Assembly (NCBI RefSeq): GCF_006345805.1
Contig: NC_043004.1
Coordinates: 87,668,001 to 87,732,000, forward strand
DNA: 64,000 nt
Direction: 5' to 3'
Origin: Octopus sinensis
Taxonomy: Eukaryota
Positions within the stretch are counted from its first letter, which is position 1, and each line of letters opens with the position of its first letter. This document shows positions 62,148-64,000 of this stretch, in pieces. Made by a program: the position numbers and the translations under genes. The notes below the pieces were generated by a model. The model was not told where the DNA came from, made no database searches, and saw nothing but the letters and a program-made list of their open reading frames with translations.

Positions 62148-63460
62148 CTTAATGTTACTGTAAAATTTAGAGAATAGATATTTTGGTAAAGCATTTTGGT
62201 ATAATTCATAGAATGTCATGAAAAATATAAGAAAACTACATTGTGGAAATGCAACATTATTCTCAGGAAATAGCTTCATGTAATATTGCAGTTTGGTGAA
62301 TAATATGAAAATGGGATTTCACATGTGACTATACTGTATTCTTATTTTTATTACTGAAAGATTACTGTAAAGTTACAGTCATATAGTATAATTGAATAAG
62401 CTGAAACAATAAAAAGATTACAAAGAAAAACTATATAATTAAAACTTCCAAAGACTCTTCAAATTAAATAGTTAATGATCGAAAATCTTTTTCTTAAATG
62501 TTGTCATGGATGGGTTGGGAAGAGCTGGAAAACAGTTTCACTTCATTTAGTCAATGTCATCTAACTTTCTAAGATCTGATCTAACTACCTTTTCCTCATC
62601 TCAAGGCTTATGATGTCAAGAGGGTATTAGTAAGATGTTTTATTAACTTCAGTGAGTTGATGTGATGGAAGAGAAAATAGAACAAAGCAAGCTAATGTTA
62701 TACGTCATTTGCTTCAAGTATATTAGCTGAAATCCACTAGTTTTTCTTCCCCTAATTCAAAAATAATATTCATCAGCCTAGAACACCATTCTTTTCCTAC
62801 TTCAGCACTTGATGCTAGTAAAGAGGGATTAGAATATAAATCACCATGTCCAAGAATACCATTTAGTAAAAGACATAGAAGAAACTGAGTCAAATTGCCA
62901 TTGATCATTATAGATTTTCCTCCCTTTCTTTACAAGAAGCTGCCAATCAGAGTCAACTGTACTGCAGATAACGCAAATAAACCGAGATTGCTTCAGCAAA
63001 ACCCGAATAATCAAAAATAGATTTGAAATAATTCAAACAGCATTAATATTTTCGTGGTTATATCCAAAGTATATGATTGTAAGAAAGGCTGAAATTATCC
63101 ATCTTACAAACCATGTGAAAAGCCAAAATTTTCAGATGAAGCTTTATTGATGTTATGCAAGAACAGCTATTTGTTTATTCATTGGCAAGAATGAAAATGA
63201 ATAATTTAAGTATGATGACGTAATGATGACTATATTTAGCTGAAGAACTTACAGTCTTTTCAGATATGTGTATTGGTTTACACACACATACAGAAGCATG
63301 AACATATATAGATTCCCCACTCAGTGTTTCAATATCCTTAGTATCAATGTCTTGCTGATTTATCCATTTTATCAGACAAACAGATTAATTCAACACTTCA
63401 CCTCTAATTCCCAAAAGACATGTGTCCAGTGACAAGAATTGTTAGAAACTTCAATAAATA

Positions 63461-63690
63461 TTAACCCTTTTGATACTAACCAGACAGAGACCTCCCTTGG
63501 CCCTGTGTTATAAACGTCTTGTTTTAAACTGATTTAAATTAAAACTTTACACCAAGATTTCATGTGAATTTATGTTCTAAACTCTAGCTTAACGATGACA
63601 AAATTATTTTACTAAATTCCTCATCATTTTCAAAATTAATAGAAACAAAGGCTGAGTATTTCAATAGAAATATGCTAACAAAAGGATTAA
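63461..63690 (-). mobile_element. TTAA MITE family 2
   Basis: TTAA|CCCTTTTGATAC ... TAACAAAAGGA|TTAA. Confidence 0.8.
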
Positions 63691-64000
63691 GTGCCAAAGG
63701 AATAAACATCAAATTACCTTTTGATACACACTAATATTTATGCATACCACCTGACATATAGTTTTATCTGAAGGTCTATCTGGGTTTAACGTAAGCACAA
63801 TAAACTTTGAAACAGCTTTCTGAAGTTTTGAGGAGTATAAATTTCATACATTTTAATGCACTTACATTTAAACATGGATCTACCTTTCAATAAAATAGCA
63901 TGTGTCTGTGATGTCAAGTATAACTATTAGTTTGAATCAACAAAAGATATCTTGAGGTATGTGTTTCTGTAGTTTGTTTATTCGTAAGGACTGAATGCAT

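Overview
AT-rich, microsatellite-dense eukaryotic DNA. The repeat families (tRNA-derived SINEs with CORE-, Deu/Nin-, V- and Meta-like central blocks, RTE and CR1 LINEs, TTAA MITEs) resemble those of octopus/coleoid cephalopod genomes; this taxon call is an inference. I found no intact protein-coding gene, rRNA, real tRNA gene or CRISPR system. The window looks like a large intron or intergenic region made mostly of transposon fossils. Main elements: (1) a complete, decayed 1.24-kb Tc1-type element with DD36E catalytic spacing (54350-55588); (2) a complete, decayed mariner (31466-32773); (3) a young RTE LINE insertion with a twin-priming-like inversion and a PHD finger inside its RT (55738-58273); (4) three more copies of the same RTE-associated 3' region, each with an array of 62-67 bp multi-hairpin units made of constant and variable parts; (5) a CR1 3' end nested in a SINE; (6) a composite non-autonomous Helitron (59828-61371); (7) a long-TIR MULE-like element with telomere-like repeats (30377-31278); (8) about ten piggyBac-like TTAA MITEs and about 25 SINE copies. 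Structures not explained by transposons are a 98%-identical 351-bp-arm palindrome (19117-19839), a pre-miRNA-sized hairpin (48361-48457) and several inverted-repeat rearrangement scars. A few short splice-flanked open frames could be exons of an unidentified host gene, but the evidence is weak. All alignments were done by eye; no database search was run.
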